From Thecamonas trahens ATCC 50062 (taxonomy: Eukaryota; Protista; Apusomonadida), in assembly GCF_000142905.1 (NCBI RefSeq), contig NW_013657640.1:123208-187207 (forward strand): a stretch of DNA of 64,000 bases, written 5' to 3'. Both the position numbers and the translations under genes were made by a program. Position 1 is the first letter of the stretch. Each line of letters starts with the position of its first letter. Below, in pieces: positions 34,234-46,591 of this stretch. Below the pieces are notes generated by a model that saw only the letters and a program-made list of their open reading frames with translations, was not told the DNA's origin and made no database searches.

Positions 34234-35752
34234 TTAGCCGGTAAACGCGAGAGCAATGTTGACGCCAGAGAGGACGCCAGCGTTGAGGAGGAAGCTCATC
34301 TGGATGCCACCGTTCTCCTTCTCGTACGGCTCGAGCTCGTCGGGCCCATACATCATCGCCAGCGTGCCACAGTAGCCGTTGGAGAGGGCAAAGAAGGCCA
34401 TGAAAAGAAACGGGTAGCCGGCCCAGCTGGTAAAGTACGGCTCGGTAAAGGTGCCGGCAGCGAGGAGGAAGAGCGGGACAAAGGCGAGGCGGCAGAGGAT
34501 GGGGATGAGCAGGGTCCGTGGCGAGAAGAGGCGGATGAAGCGCGGCGAAGTGCGGCCGATATAGTCAAAGAGCATAAACTCGGAAGTGAGGAGGACCTGG
34601 TACCAACCCGAACTGAGAAAGTTGGGGTCCTTGGGCTTGATCTGCGAGGTGACGCCCGGGAACATGGAGAGGGTGACGACAAAGACAATGTAAACGCCGA
34701 GTCCCTCCTTCCAGAGCTTGGAGAAGACTTCGACGACGGACGGGTCTGTGCGGCAGACGATGACACCGTCCGAGTAGACGTCTAGCTGCGGGCGAGGGCT
34801 CAGTGCCTGAGAGTCGGCGGTAGTGACGTCTGTGGCATCCAGCGCAGGCGGCTGCGACTGGGCCACGATGTGGTACTTGACAAACGGGTGGCGGAGCATG
34901 GCAAAGTACAGGGTGATGCAGACAGCCAGGACAAGACCGGCGAGTGAAAAATAGATAAACGTCGACTCGCGCAGGCCCTTCTCGGTGTTGGGCAGCGAGG
35001 CCTTGGTGACGATACGGAGGGCAGCGGCGACGATTCCGGAGAGGCCGATGCCCGACATGGCGGCGGTGATGTACGACGAGGGGAAGAGCGAGGCAAATCC
35101 CAAGACGGTGCCAAAGACCACTCCGGTGCAGACACCCGTGATAAAGACAGCGAAGAGAGTGAGCCAGAGCTCGACGTCGTAGGAGAGGCCGAGCAGCGAG
35201 AGGCAGGGTGTGACGACGAGCATGACTAGCGAGATGGAGTACGTGGCGGCGATACGAGTCGAGACCGACCATGAGGCGGCGTAACGGACCGAGACAAACA
35301 GCATGATGAGCGAGGGATAGTTGAAGGCGCACGAGATGCGGAACTCGATGTTGTTGCCGAATCGCTCCGAGAAGTAGTCAAAGGCCGAGATGAACGAGTT
35401 CCAGGCCATCAGCACGCCCGTACCCAGAATGACCATCGCCAGCCACACCAGATGGTACTACCCTCCTCCATCCGTCCGCCCGTCCGTTCCATCCGTCCGT
35501 CATCCATCCCTCACCAGCCCATGAGTCCCATCCCTCCCCTCCCCTGACCCCCTTCCCCAGGTCACATGGCCGTCACTGCGGGCGTGGATGCTACGTCGCC
35601 GCTTCCCCTCCCCCTTCCCCCTCCCCTCCCCTCCCCTCCCCTCCCCTCCATCTCCCGCATCCCCTTACCTTGTCACGTGGCGCCTTGCGCAAAAGGGGCT
35701 GGCCAGCCTTTCCGTCCTCCTCGCCATGGAGGCGCTCATACGACTTGCCCAT
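34234..35752 (-). CDS. Equilibrative nucleoside transporter (SLC29/ENT); complement(join(34234..35457,35669..35752))
   Basis: APRDK|YHLVW across a GT-AG intron; G-x-G-x-L-x-x-WNSFI-x-A-x-DYF; TLS-x-FPG; FD-x-x-GR; SNGY; about 11 hydrophobic segments. Confidence 0.92.
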
Positions 35753-36246
35753 GTGGCCGTGGCAACGGAGAGGTGGGGCAAAGGGAGGTACGGCTGGTGA
35801 TGGCACCGCTTTCGCCAGAGCCATTGCCGATGGACGACCAGCCGGTGAAAGGCGGCCAGTGGCAGGGGAGGGGGAGGGGAAGGGGGGGGGGGAGGAAGGC
35901 AGTTGCTGTGTGATGGATGATGAATGGTATGATCGACGGGGAGAGTGGCATCATACAGATGCTGTCGATGTCGATGATCGTCTCTGGGGACTCATCGCAC
36001 CATGCACACCCCCGGGATGGAATAATCATCGGTGGGGGTGCTGGACATGTGATGATCGTTCCATGTGCAGGCTCTGGGACGTGTGTTGATCGACCACCGG
36101 GGGAGGGTGATGGCTGTGGTTGAGCCGCGTGTGGCGGGAAGGCCGTGCACTCTCGTCGCCGGCGGGGCGGGCCTTGGCCGGGTGCCATTGGGCCAGCCAC
36201 CTGACTCGGACTCGGCGGTAGCAGGGCGGGCCTGGGCGGGGCGGGC

Positions 36247-39200
36247 ATGGACGAGCTTGATTCGAGTGCCACCGACAATGACGAGGTGAGGCTGCTGGCC
36301 GGGGACTGGGGACTGCTAGACGGTGACTCGAGTAGTGGCGGTGTGCATGGCGAGGCCGACGTGGCGAGGAAGCCGCCGCCGCCTCTGGACTCGCCGCCGC
36401 CTGCTGCCCAACCATCGCCTGATGCCCGGCCGCCACCACCTCCGGACTCACCGCCGCCTGATGCCCAATCATCGCCTGATGCCCGGCCGCCACCACCTCC
36501 GGACTCGCCGCCACCTGCTGTCCAACCATCGCCGCCTCCGGACTCACCGCCGCCTAATGCCCGGCCGCCACCTCCTCCGGACTCGCCGCCGCCTGATGCC
36601 CAATCATCGCCTGATGCCCGGCCGCCACCTCCTCCGGACTCGCCGCCACCTGCTGTCCAACCATCGCCGCCTCCGAACTCACCGCCGCCTAATGCCCGGC
36701 CGCCACCTCCTCCGGACTCGCCGCCGCCTGATGCCCAATCATCGCCTGATGCCCGGCCGCCACCTCCTCCGGACTCACCGCCGCCTGCTGTCCAACCATC
36801 GCCGCCTCCGGACTCACCGCCGCCTGATGCCCGGCCGCCACCTCCTCCGGACTCGCCGCCGCCTGTTGCCCAATCATCGTCGCCTCCGGACTCGCCGCCG
36901 CCTGATGCCCAATCATCGCCTGATGCCCGGCCGCCACCTCCTCCGGACTCGCCGCCACCTGCTGTCCAACCATCGCCGCCTCCGAACTCGCCGCCGTCTG
37001 ATGCCCGGCCGCCACCTCCTCCGGACTCGCCGCCACCTGCTGTCCAACCATCGCCGCCTCCGGACTCACCGCCGCCTAATGCCCGGCCGCCACCTCCTCC
37101 GGACTCGCCGCCGCCTGATGCCCAATCATCGCCTGATGCCCGGCCGCCACCTCCTCCGGACTCGCCGCCACCTGCTGTCCAACCATCGCCGCCTCCGAAC
37201 TCGCCGCCGTCTGATGCCCGGCCGCCACCACCTTCGGACTCGCCGCCGCCTGCTGCCCAACCATCGCCTGATGCCCGGTCGCCACCTCCTCCGGACTCAC
37301 CGCCGCCTGCTGTCCAACCATCGCCGCCTCCGGACTCACCGCCGCCTGATGCCCGGCCGCCACCTCCTCCGGACTCGCCGCCGCCTGTTGCCCAATCATC
37401 GTCGCCTCCGGACTCGCCGCCGCCTGATGCCCAATCATCGCCTGATGCCCGGCCGCCACCTCCTCCGGACTCGCCGCCACCTGCTGTCCAACCATCGCCG
37501 CCTCCGAACTCGCCGCCGTCTGATGCCCGGCCGCCACCACCTCCGGACTCGCCGCCGCCTGCTGAACTCACCGCCGCCTGATGCCCGGCCGCCACCTCCT
37601 CCGGACTCGCCGCCACCTGCTGTCCAACCATCGCCGCCTCCGAACTCACCGCCGCCTGTTGAACAAGCATCGCCGCCTCCGAACTCGCCGCCGCCTGATG
37701 CCCGGCCGCCACCACCTCCGGACTCGCCGCCGCCTGTTGCCCAACCATCGCCTGATGCCCGGCCGATACCACCTCCGGACTCACCGCCGCCTGTTGCCCA
37801 ATCATCGCCTGATGCCCGGCTGCCAATGCCCGGCTGCCACCTCCTCCGGACTCGCCGCCGCCTGCTGCCGCTGCCCGCCTGTACAAAATTGTGGCTGAAG
37901 AGGTCACCCAAGAACTCGCTGACGCCACCATTGACGCTGTCACTACCGAATTGTCCCACAACATCACCCGCGATGTGCTGCTCGTCGCTGACGCCTCTTC
38001 AGTCGTCGAAGATCTTGTCACCGACGCTGCCGCCGCTGTGGCTGCCGCCGTCCATTCTTCGGCCGTCAACGAGGCCAACGCGGCCGCTGAGATTGTGGAC
38101 AATGTGATTACAGATGGAGTCGCTGTATTGCTCTCCATGCTTGCTGCAGAAGCTGTATCTGAACACGCTGCCGCTCTGGACGCCGCTCTGGACACCGTTA
38201 TTGCTGACCTTGCTGCAGACGTCATCGATCATGATAGTTCACTCGTCGCCGCCGCTGCCCTTGACCACGCTCGCGATGTCGACGCCGCCAGCCATGGACT
38301 CGCTGATGAGATCTTTGATGCTGCGGTGACGACTGCACTTCTTGCCAGCGCTGAGCACGCGCTGGACGTTGATCTTGCCGGGCGCGAGGTTGTTGACGAG
38401 CTCGTCGATGGCGTCTGTGCCATTGTCGCTGACGCCGCCCTGCACCACGAGCGCCTTATCGAGGCCGCATTCGCCGAGCTCGTGGAGCAGCTTACTGATG
38501 ATCTCGGCCTTGAGGCGGGAATGGAGGCCTGGGATGAGCTAGTCTTTGAAGACGCCGTTGACTGCTGTGTATCGGAGCTCACGGATGACTTTTCGGCCTT
38601 CCTCGCCTTTGACACCTACATCATGCAGGAGGCCATTGAGGCCGGGACCCAGGAGTGCTATGCCGAGTATGTGGGCGAGGTCACTGCCTTCTGTGCAGCT
38701 GACATTCTGCTTTACGAGCGCGCTCTTCATGCCGCGCTGGTTGAAGAGCTGCAGCTGTGGACCGACGATCTTGCGCTCGAGGTGGCGTCGGACGTTGTCA
38801 CCGACGCACTCATTGTGGCCATGCCGCTGATGGAGCCACAGCTTCCGCGGACCACGCACTATACCCCAGCTATCCAGGCTCAGCTGGCGGCATTTGCCGA
38901 GTGGACCGGCGCCGTCCGCGCCCTTCTCCCCAAGATCGATGCTGGTCTCGACGCCGAGCTCGCGGTTGCTGCCGCCTGGCCACCACCGCCAGAGCTACAC
39001 CTCGCGCACGATGGCATTGCCCTCGTTGGTCCTGCGCCCGACGAGCCTGGCGACCTCGCGCTGGTTGTGCTCACCGAGCCCGAGCCCGCCACGCTCGCCG
39101 CCGCCGCGCCTCTTGCGCTCGCCTGCATCCCGCGACTTGCCCGCTCAGGCGTTGTCCCTCCACGCTGCTCCATCGTTGCGCACGTTTCTATCTCTGCTGC

Positions 39201-39636
39201 ATCTGCTGCGCTTCACTACGCGCTGCAGCCGTCGGTCCGCGCCGCCTGCGCCGCCCTCTCCGACGCACTCGAGCACGAGCCGTACGATGTTGCTCGCGCT
39301 GCCGACGCCCTCGAACTGCCACAGCTCTACGTTTTGGCTATGGCCTTTACGTACAACACCCTTGACTCACTGGCGTCGATGCTCGACGAGCTCGGTACCT
39401 CGTTTATGATGCGCCTCTCGCCGCGAGCATGGCGCAAAGTCGACCGCGCGCTTGCGGGCAAGCCTCGGGACACGCCTTCGCTGCCGGCGCAAAAGACAGT
39501 CATGGACCTGCTCTGGTTCCTTCGCACGACTGCGTTGGTGCCAATCCGCCTCAACTACCAGTCTGCAGCCTCGCGCTGGCGCATCGAGTACGCACGCGCG
39601 GCCGTGGCAGCGCCTGGTGCATCGGCTCCGCTGTAA
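36247..39636 (+). CDS. Uncharacterised protein: long Pro-rich tandem repeat followed by an acidic Ala-rich helical region (frame broken in the repeat at ~37565 and ~37830)
   Basis: ORFs 36247..37581, 36323..38107 and 37891..39636 relay one protein sequence (DARPPPPPDSPPP repeats). Confidence 0.6.
36370..37870 (+). repeat. Compound coding minisatellite (DARPPPPPDSPPP / AVQPSPPPDSPPP / DAQSSP units)
   Basis: Dozens of near-identical CCGGACTCGCCGCCGCCTG-containing units. Confidence 0.95.
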
Positions 39637-39646
39637 CACCTCGGCG

Positions 39647-41260
39647 TCAGAGCTCGTCGCCGGGCGCAAAGGAGTTGTGTCCGTCCGACGAGCACGACGA
39701 GCACGAGCCGGCTCCCCGCCGCCCACCAGGCTCCAGCACCGCCAGTGCGTCGGGCGTAAACAGATCGTCGCCGAGCATGTGGTGGTACCGGCTGGAGCCG
39801 CGCCTGTGGTACCAGTACCCGCCACCAGCAACGCACCCAATCACGCCGCACACCAGCAGCAGGATGATAGCCACCGTGCCGGCATCTGTCGGCCCGGCCG
39901 CAGGCGCCGGGCTCGGCGACGAGGCTGTCTCCCGCCCGCATGCCGCGTCCCAATCGTCGTAGAATGAATCACGAGTAGCGTCGAGGAACGCGTCCAGCGG
40001 TACGATGCACGCGTCGCTCCGGGTGTCCAGCGCCACGCTCGCGGCGCTGACGCAGATGCCGCCGGAAAAGACCAGCGGGGCGTCATTGTAAAACGCCGAG
40101 ACGTACGCCGCCCCAGTATCGGTTATGTGCAGCTCAAAGACGACTGACGAGGCGTACGGCGGAATGCCACCGGCTTCGGTGACTGGAAGCGCTGCCAGGA
40201 GCGACGCCAGCGTTGTGTCGTGGGCAGAGAGCAGGTAGAACTTGCGGAGGTCGGCGGGCAGCTCGCCAGGGCCGATCGACGGCGATGGCGAGGCTGTAAA
40301 GCCCTCGGAAGCAGCGGCCGGCGGTGGCGGCGGCGGCGCCACGTAGGCCTGGAACAAGTCGCGGAGAGTGGCCACCATGTTGCCACCAGCCAGCTTGCCG
40401 GCCTTGTCGTGCGAAAAGGTATGAGCCGTGACCCAGTCGGCCGTGGCAATGATGTCGTCGAGCATCGGGAGCGTGACCTTGCCGTTGAGCAGCGGCTTGC
40501 CGTGCGACCACGCACAGAAGAGTGGGTCGTAGATCAGGTACCACTTGCCGAGCGTCACCTCTTCGCCGGCGAGCTCAGCCAGCGTCTCGGCCAGCGTTGC
40601 CACGTCCGCAGCCTTGGCCACAAACTCTGGCGAGCTCTGGCGCGCCTTCTCCAGTGCGTCAAACTCGGGACAGTTGTTGTACCCGCGGAGCAGCGTGTCG
40701 TAGACCACCGGTCGCGAGTGGATCGGCACGTACTGCACCCGCTCCGGCGAGTCGGCCGGGCCGGTCCCGGCCGGGAAGAGCCCGGCTAGCAGCGCCTGCG
40801 CCGACTGGATGGTCCGATCGACAGCGGTGGCACGGGCGTAGACGTCAAAGACCGAGTACGTCTCCATGGCTAGCAGCGCCGAGTAGTTGGCCCTTAGCCG
40901 CTGGCCCAGCGCCACGTGCTGCGCCATGCCGCGCCCGGTCAGCTGACCGCGGCCCTGCGGCCACTCATTGTCATCCTCGGGCAGCGCATGGACCGGCGTC
41001 CGGTCGCCATGCCGGGTGAAGACCACCACCGCCTGCAGCGTACCAGGCCGAGCCCCTGCCGCCCGCTTGCCCACCCGTCCGCCCCAATGCGGTCCTCCAG
41101 CCTCGTCGGCCAGTCCGCCGTCCCACCAGCCGCCGACCTCCTCGTCGGCTCCCACCGCAGTCACCACCAACGCCACCACCACCACCGCCAGCACCAACAC
41201 CACCACCACCCCAGCCACCCCATGTCCTGGACCATCCGTCCGTCTGCGGGCACTTGCCAT
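39647..41260 (-). CDS. Histidine acid phosphatase (lysosomal ACP2-like), type I membrane protein
   Basis: RHGDRTP, GQLT-x-x-G, RT-x-x-SA, SAHDTT; N-terminal hydrophobic signal; C-terminal TM followed by a YHHM Yxx-phi-like motif. Confidence 0.92.
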   Translation of the reverse strand: MASARRRTDGPGHGVAGVVVVLVLAVVVVALVVTAVGADEEVGGWWDGGLADEAGGPHWGGRVGKRAAGARPGTLQAVVVFTRHGDRTPVHALPEDDNEWPQGRGQLTGRGMAQHVALGQRLRANYSALLAMETYSVFDVYARATAVDRTIQSAQALLAGLFPAGTGPADSPERVQYVPIHSRPVVYDTLLRGYNNCPEFDALEKARQSSPEFVAKAADVATLAETLAELAGEEVTLGKWYLIYDPLFCAWSHGKPLLNGKVTLPMLDDIIATADWVTAHTFSHDKAGKLAGGNMVATLRDLFQAYVAPPPPPPAAASEGFTASPSPSIGPGELPADLRKFYLLSAHDTTLASLLAALPVTEAGGIPPYASSVVFELHITDTGAAYVSAFYNDAPLVFSGGICVSAASVALDTRSDACIVPLDAFLDATRDSFYDDWDAACGRETASSPSPAPAAGPTDAGTVAIILLLVCGVIGCVAGGGYWYHRRGSSRYHHMLGDDLFTPDALAVLEPGGRRGAGSCSSCSSDGHNSFAPGDEL

Positions 41261-41470
41261 TCCAGACCAGTAGCGAGAGGAGTCGTGAAGAAGAGTCCAC
41301 CAGGCAGGAAGGTAGCCAGGGAGGAAGGTAGCCAGGCAGGTGGGTAGCCTGGCAGGTGGGTAGCCACACCAGGCCACCCCGGTCATCCTACGCCCATCCA
41401 CCCCATCCACCCACCCCCCCCACCCCATCCACCTACATTCCATTCCATCCACCCACCCCCACGAGATGCC

Positions 41471-41920
41471 NNNNNNNNNNNNNNNNNNNNNNNNNNNNNN
41501 NNNNNNNNNNNNNNNNNNNNNNNNNNNNNNNNNNNNNNNNNNNNNNNNNNNNNNNNNNNNNNNNNNNNNNNNNNNNNNNNNNNNNNNNNNNNNNNNNNNN
41601 NNNNNNNNNNNNNNNNNNNNNNNNNNNNNNNNNNNNNNNNNNNNNNNNNNNNNNNNNNNNNNNNNNNNNNNNNNNNNNNNNNNNNNNNNNNNNNNNNNNN
41701 NNNNNNNNNNNNNNNNNNNNNNNNNNNNNNNNNNNNNNNNNNNNNNNNNNNNNNNNNNNNNNNNNNNNNNNNNNNNNNNNNNNNNNNNNNNNNNNNNNNN
41801 NNNNNNNNNNNNNNNNNNNNNNNNNNNNNNNNNNNNNNNNNNNNNNNNNNNNNNNNNNNNNNNNNNNNNNNNNNNNNNNNNNNNNNNNNNNNNNNNNNNN
41901 NNNNNNNNNNNNNNNNNNNN
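41471..41920. other. Assembly gap (Ns)
   Basis: N run. Confidence 1.
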
Positions 41921-42028
41921 CCCCCCCCCCCCCTTTTTTTCCCCTGGCTGGTATTCGCGCCCAACGGCCTCACCCGGCTACCCCTCCCGCCACAGACCGC
42001 ACATAGCCCCACACTCCACTCCACTTCC

Positions 42029-44211
42029 ATGCTCTCTGCGGCTGCAGTGTACGAGGTATGCCACCATCTTCCGTCCCCCTCCTCCTTCTCCTCCTCCTCC
42101 ACTGCTTCCTTTCCACACCACTCACGCCGCTGCCATCGCCAGGACTCGGAGGAGAGCCGCCAACGGAGAGCTGCTGTCCTTGCTGCCCACGGACTGCCAT
42201 CGGGGGAAGACGCAGAGTCACGCAGGCGGAGAACGAGCCATGCTGTAGCCACGCCAGAGCTGCGGCCGAGGTCTCTGCCGGCGGCGGCGGCGGCGCGTGC
42301 CACTCCGCAGCCAACTCGTCGCTTCCATCAGCAGCAGGCCAGGCAGCTCTCGCGCCGCCGCACCCCGCTCCCGCAGCAACAGCCGACTCCGGCCCCTGCT
42401 CGCTGTGAGGAGGAGGCATCAGACCTGGCCCCCGAGCTGGATGCCGCGTATGGTGCCATCCGCGCGAGGTATGCCCCTGATGATCACGATGGTGAGCCGG
42501 CCGGTCAGCTGCAGGCCATGCTCGACTCGCTGGAGCTGTCGTCCATCGACCCGGCCTTGTTCTCCTCGCTCGACGAGCGCTCGGCAAAGCTAGCTGCCAT
42601 CCAGTATTCACCGCCACGTCCTGCAGTTGCAGGTCTGGCGCTTCCGGAGCGGAGAGTCCCGCTTCCGTTTGTGGGCACGGTCTCGCTGCCGCTCCGCGCC
42701 ACGGTTCCGCTCCGCGAGAGCGATCCATCCCCTCCCCAGTCGCAAACGCCGCAGCCTGCACGGCCGACATTGCGTTTGCAGCAAAGGCACCAGCCAACGT
42801 TGCCGCTGTCAGTGCCAGCAGCATGTCAGCCGAGCGTGGGCCGGCACCGGGCCACCCCGACCACCCCACCATGGAGGAGCGGTTTGACGCGCGCAACAAG
42901 GCATGGCGTGAGGCCCGCGCTGCCCGCGCCGCCGACCTCGAGGCCGACAGCTTTGGCACGCTTCGTGGCCCACAGCTGGCGCCTGGCACTCGCAAGCTTA
43001 TGGACAACCGATCGTCATTCAGCGACCGCTATGACGCGTGGCTGGCGAGAACGCGCGCACACGCTGCGGCTGTCGAGGCTGAGAAGGCGGCCGCCACCCG
43101 CGCGCAGGCCAACGTGTCCAAGATCACCGCTCGCTCACGTAAGCTTGCCGCCCATGTTCCGTCAGTGGCGGAGCGAACAAGTACTGCTACCGGGCGGTCG
43201 AGCGCGAGTTTGGTGGCATCGTCGTCGGTTGCCGGCGACACGACCATGTCGGAGGCGTCCGCTTCGGTCGTGGACTTGCCGTCGTTCCGGCCTCAATTGA
43301 GCAAGAAGACCAAGCAGCTGGCAGCCAAGCGCGCCGCCGCAGCTGCCAGAGAAGGCCGTGCCGTCGACGTCGTCTCGCGCATCGAGGCCTCGGCTGCCGA
43401 GCAGGCGCGTCGGCGCACCGCCCGCGAGGCCGAGGCGCGCCGCGCTCGCGAGGCCGAGTTTGCCTCGGCCCATACCTTTAAGGTTGAGCGGGAGGCCGTT
43501 GTGCCGAGCAAGAGCGACAAGCGAGCCAAGGCTCGGACTCGGCCGCGGGCTAGCGTCCGCGGCAAGTGCGCACCCTCGGCCCAGAGCAGGCGTCGCACCA
43601 AGCCGGAGCACAAGAGCCCAAAGCCGCACGTTCACTTTGAGGACGAGGGCAATGACAACTGCGGTGGCGATGACGGTAACGATGGCGGTGACGACGATGT
43701 TGCACCAATTGTTGCCCCAGCGCCTGAGGCCGCTGCGCCCGAGCCGATCCCGCAGCCAGAGCCAAAGCTGGTGGCCACGCCAGTCCCGCAGCGAGTCCGG
43801 CACAGCCGTGATAGCGAGCGCAGCCGTGGTCGCGGGCGTAGCCGGGCCCGCACGAGCGGGCAGCTTCCTAGTCGGTGGGGAGCGCCGGTGCCAGCAAGCG
43901 AAGCGGGCTCCAAGCCTACCAGCAAGCCGTCGCGGCTGGCGTCCGAGTCGTCCTCGGTCGACACTGAGGTGCGGATGGCGCGGCAGGCGCAGGCCGCCGC
44001 TGCAACTATGCGCCCTGCATTGGGCGCCACAAGTGCGCGGGGCAAGAGCTCGCGGAGTAGCCGGCGGCGGGTCGAAGAGCAGGTAGTCGTGCCACGATGG
44101 GGTCCCGCGGAGAATGAGTCCGTCGACGCGAGTGAGCCGGAGCCGATTGTGGTCTCGTCACGGGTGGCAGCTGTGGATCGAGACTTTTGGCGGTCGATGG
44201 GCCGACGGTGA
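42029..44211 (+). CDS. Uncharacterised low-complexity/coiled-coil protein; probable frameshift between 42600 and 42750
   Basis: ORF 42029.. reads as coding up to LAAIQY, then coding signal continues in ORF 42823..44211 (SFRPQLSKKT-type motifs). Confidence 0.5.
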
Positions 44212-44232
44212 GCGCTTGTGTTTAGTGGGGAG

Positions 44233-45102
44233 TTAGCCGAGGAAGCCGACGACATCGCGGTCGAGCTTGGCCTCCTGCTCGCCGAGGTCATTCATGTCTG
44301 CGACGAGGGCCATGCCGAGCTTGCGCGCGACCTGGAACATCTCGATGAGCATGGCAGGCGGAATGCCGCCATCACCAGAAAGAGTTGCGCCAGAGAGGGT
44401 GCCGTCTGCAGTGACGCCCACAGTGAACGCCGCGGTCTGGCAGGCCTCCTCCTCGAGGGTGGGGTCAGCGACGTAAAAGTCGCCGAGTCGAGCGAGGGTG
44501 ACCGAGACCGGGAGGCGGGAGACGTCGAGAGCAATGACGTCGTCGGGATCGTCAGAGACCTCGAGATCAAACTCGCCAGGCGTCTCGGACGGGACGGTGG
44601 AGACGCGCGGGAGGGTGGTGTTGGCCAGAGCAGCGCGGGCGGCGGCGCACACGGCATCGAGCACGTTCCCGCCCGAGTCCAGGACGACGGCATCGACGTG
44701 GACCACCCAGCAGTGCGTGTCCGGACGGATGCAGAGCGCCTCCAGATCCAGCGCGCCGGGCGCGGCCAGATACGATGCGGCAGCGGCAGCGAGGCCGGCG
44801 TTGACCTCGCGGGCGCCGCGCCCCTCAAACAGCGGCGAGGCCGACGGAGCGCACTCAACCGCGACTTCGACACGGCCTGTGTTGGGTGCGGCGAGATCTG
44901 GGACGCCTACCGAGAGCTTGACACCGACAAGCACATCGGTGTTGCCCCGACGGAGACGCGACGATCCGTTTGCCTGCGACACAAGGCCCGTCTCCACCAC
45001 CACCGGCCGCAGCTGCGTCCGCGACCGCCCGTCGGACCGCAGGTTGTGGGCCACGCCCTGGAGGAGGAAGGCCACTTCGGACGGCGACACGAGCTGAGTC
45101 AT
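44233..45102 (-). CDS. RRP42: Exosome core subunit RRP42/EXOSC7
   Basis: S-x-x-E-x-x-F...R-x-DGR, ANGSSR, TDVLVGVK, L-x-x-LCI, W-x-x-x-VD-x-x-VL, GGN, DPT-x-EEE. Confidence 0.92.
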   Translation of the reverse strand: MTQLVSPSEVAFLLQGVAHNLRSDGRSRTQLRPVVVETGLVSQANGSSRLRRGNTDVLVGVKLSVGVPDLAAPNTGRVEVAVECAPSASPLFEGRGAREVNAGLAAAAASYLAAPGALDLEALCIRPDTHCWVVHVDAVVLDSGGNVLDAVCAAARAALANTTLPRVSTVPSETPGEFDLEVSDDPDDVIALDVSRLPVSVTLARLGDFYVADPTLEEEACQTAAFTVGVTADGTLSGATLSGDGGIPPAMLIEMFQVARKLGMALVADMNDLGEQEAKLDRDVVGFLG

Positions 45103-45543
45103 CCCGCCTTTTCACGCTTCTCCGCTCTGCTGCCTCGCGTTACTTGCCCTCTGCTTCCTTGCGGAGTGGGGTGTGCCGGACTTGCCCTGTTGCCCCATTT
45201 CCCCCTCCCCCCCTCCCCTCCCTGTCGTCGCCGTCTTGTCAGACCTGCAGGATGGATGGCTGCCGTCCGTCCGTCCGTCCGACAACCGGCCGCTCGCCCG
45301 GCCAGCCGGTCAACTCTGCCGCTCCGGCCGCCTCTGTCTGCCGGGCGCGGGAAAATGAAGGGTGACGAGCGCAGGTAGGATCGATAAGTGATGGCGGTGG
45401 AGTGGATGTTGCTGTTGGGACTGTAAAGGTTTACAGAGGATGGAGAGCATCCCGTCCCACTCCGCCGGCCAAGGCGAGGGGATACAGTGGGGGGTGGGGG
45501 TGAGGGCCTGGTCGGGGTGTGGGTGTTGTCGGGGCGATCCGGG

Positions 45544-46295
45544 TTAGAACATCTTGTTGGAGGCCTTGACCGAGGCGCGGACAAAGTACAACTGCCATGC
45601 GGTGAGGCAGAAGACGAGGAAGAAGCCGACGTTGGACCATGTGTCTGCCCAAGCAATGGTGGACTCATTGGTCTCGCGGAGGCGGGCCTCTCTGTTCCGC
45701 ATGTGAATGAGATCATCCTTGATGACCCGAGCAATGTCGGTCATCCGCCGCAGCTCCACCTCCATGGGCGAGAGATGCTCCTTCTGCGCCACCTCGGTGT
45801 AGTCATCGGTCTTAAGGCCTGCCGAGATGTCGATGCTCACCTTGCGCCCGTTGGCCTTGCGCGACCGCGGCAGCTTGCCGACTACATCCAGCGCCGAGGC
45901 ATGAGGACGTGAGTGTGAAAGGGGGAGGGGGGAGGGGGGAGAGAGGGGGGGGGGCAGAGTGAGGCACATCGCGTACGGTTGAAGCAGACCGAGTAGGTAC
46001 CCTCCTCAGTGGTGGTAAAGCCAAAGCGGCCGGAGAAGTCCTGTGCGCGCTCAAACATGACCGCGCCCGAGGGACCACGGATGACGACGGAAAAGGGGAA
46101 CTCGTGGATGCGCTGCGGAGTCACCGTCTCGGCAGCAATCTCGTAGTTGCCATGGACGAGGTAGTCGGCGTCCCACTCGGCGGTGAAGCACCGGTCGCCA
46201 GCCTCGCGCATGAAGAAGAACGCGCCCTCACTGACGCCTGCAAGCACACACACCGCAACGACACAGACAAGGGCAAACACGCTTGTCATTCGCAT
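45544..46295 (-). CDS. p24/emp24/TMED cargo receptor; complement(join(45544..45881,45977..46295))
   Basis: Signal peptide; GOLD domain (RCF, FGFTT, G-x-YSVCF); REARLRETNEST; TM ending WQL-x-F; GTACGC..TAG intron 45882-45976 keeps frame. Confidence 0.9.
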
Positions 46296-46353
46296 CTTTC
46301 TGCTGTGTAAAGTGGAGTGTACGTGCCTTGGCAAGCCGGTCGGCTGGGCTAGT

Positions 46354-46384
<31 letters not shown>

Positions 46385-46591
46385 TTGGGCCGCGGGCGTC
46401 TGTCTGTCCGACTCGACTCGGCTTGACTCGGCGAGAGCTGGCGCCGAGGTGGCCACGTCAGCGATGGTGGTGGATGGGGGCGCAATGGTGTTTGGGGAAT
46501 GGATGTAATCGGCCACGATGTGTTCGCGACTAGTCTGATGATGGAGTGGGTGGATGAACGGTAGTGGTGGTGGTGGGAGTGGTGGTAGCGG

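Noticed and set aside
35736-38225. 829-aa Gly-rich minus-strand ORF and other long antisense ORFs throughout the window
   Set aside because: These are shadow frames of real genes or repeats, kept open by high GC content.
45905-45976. Apparent non-canonical GT..AC intron in the p24 gene
   Set aside because: A canonical TAG acceptor at 45884-45882 preserves the frame.
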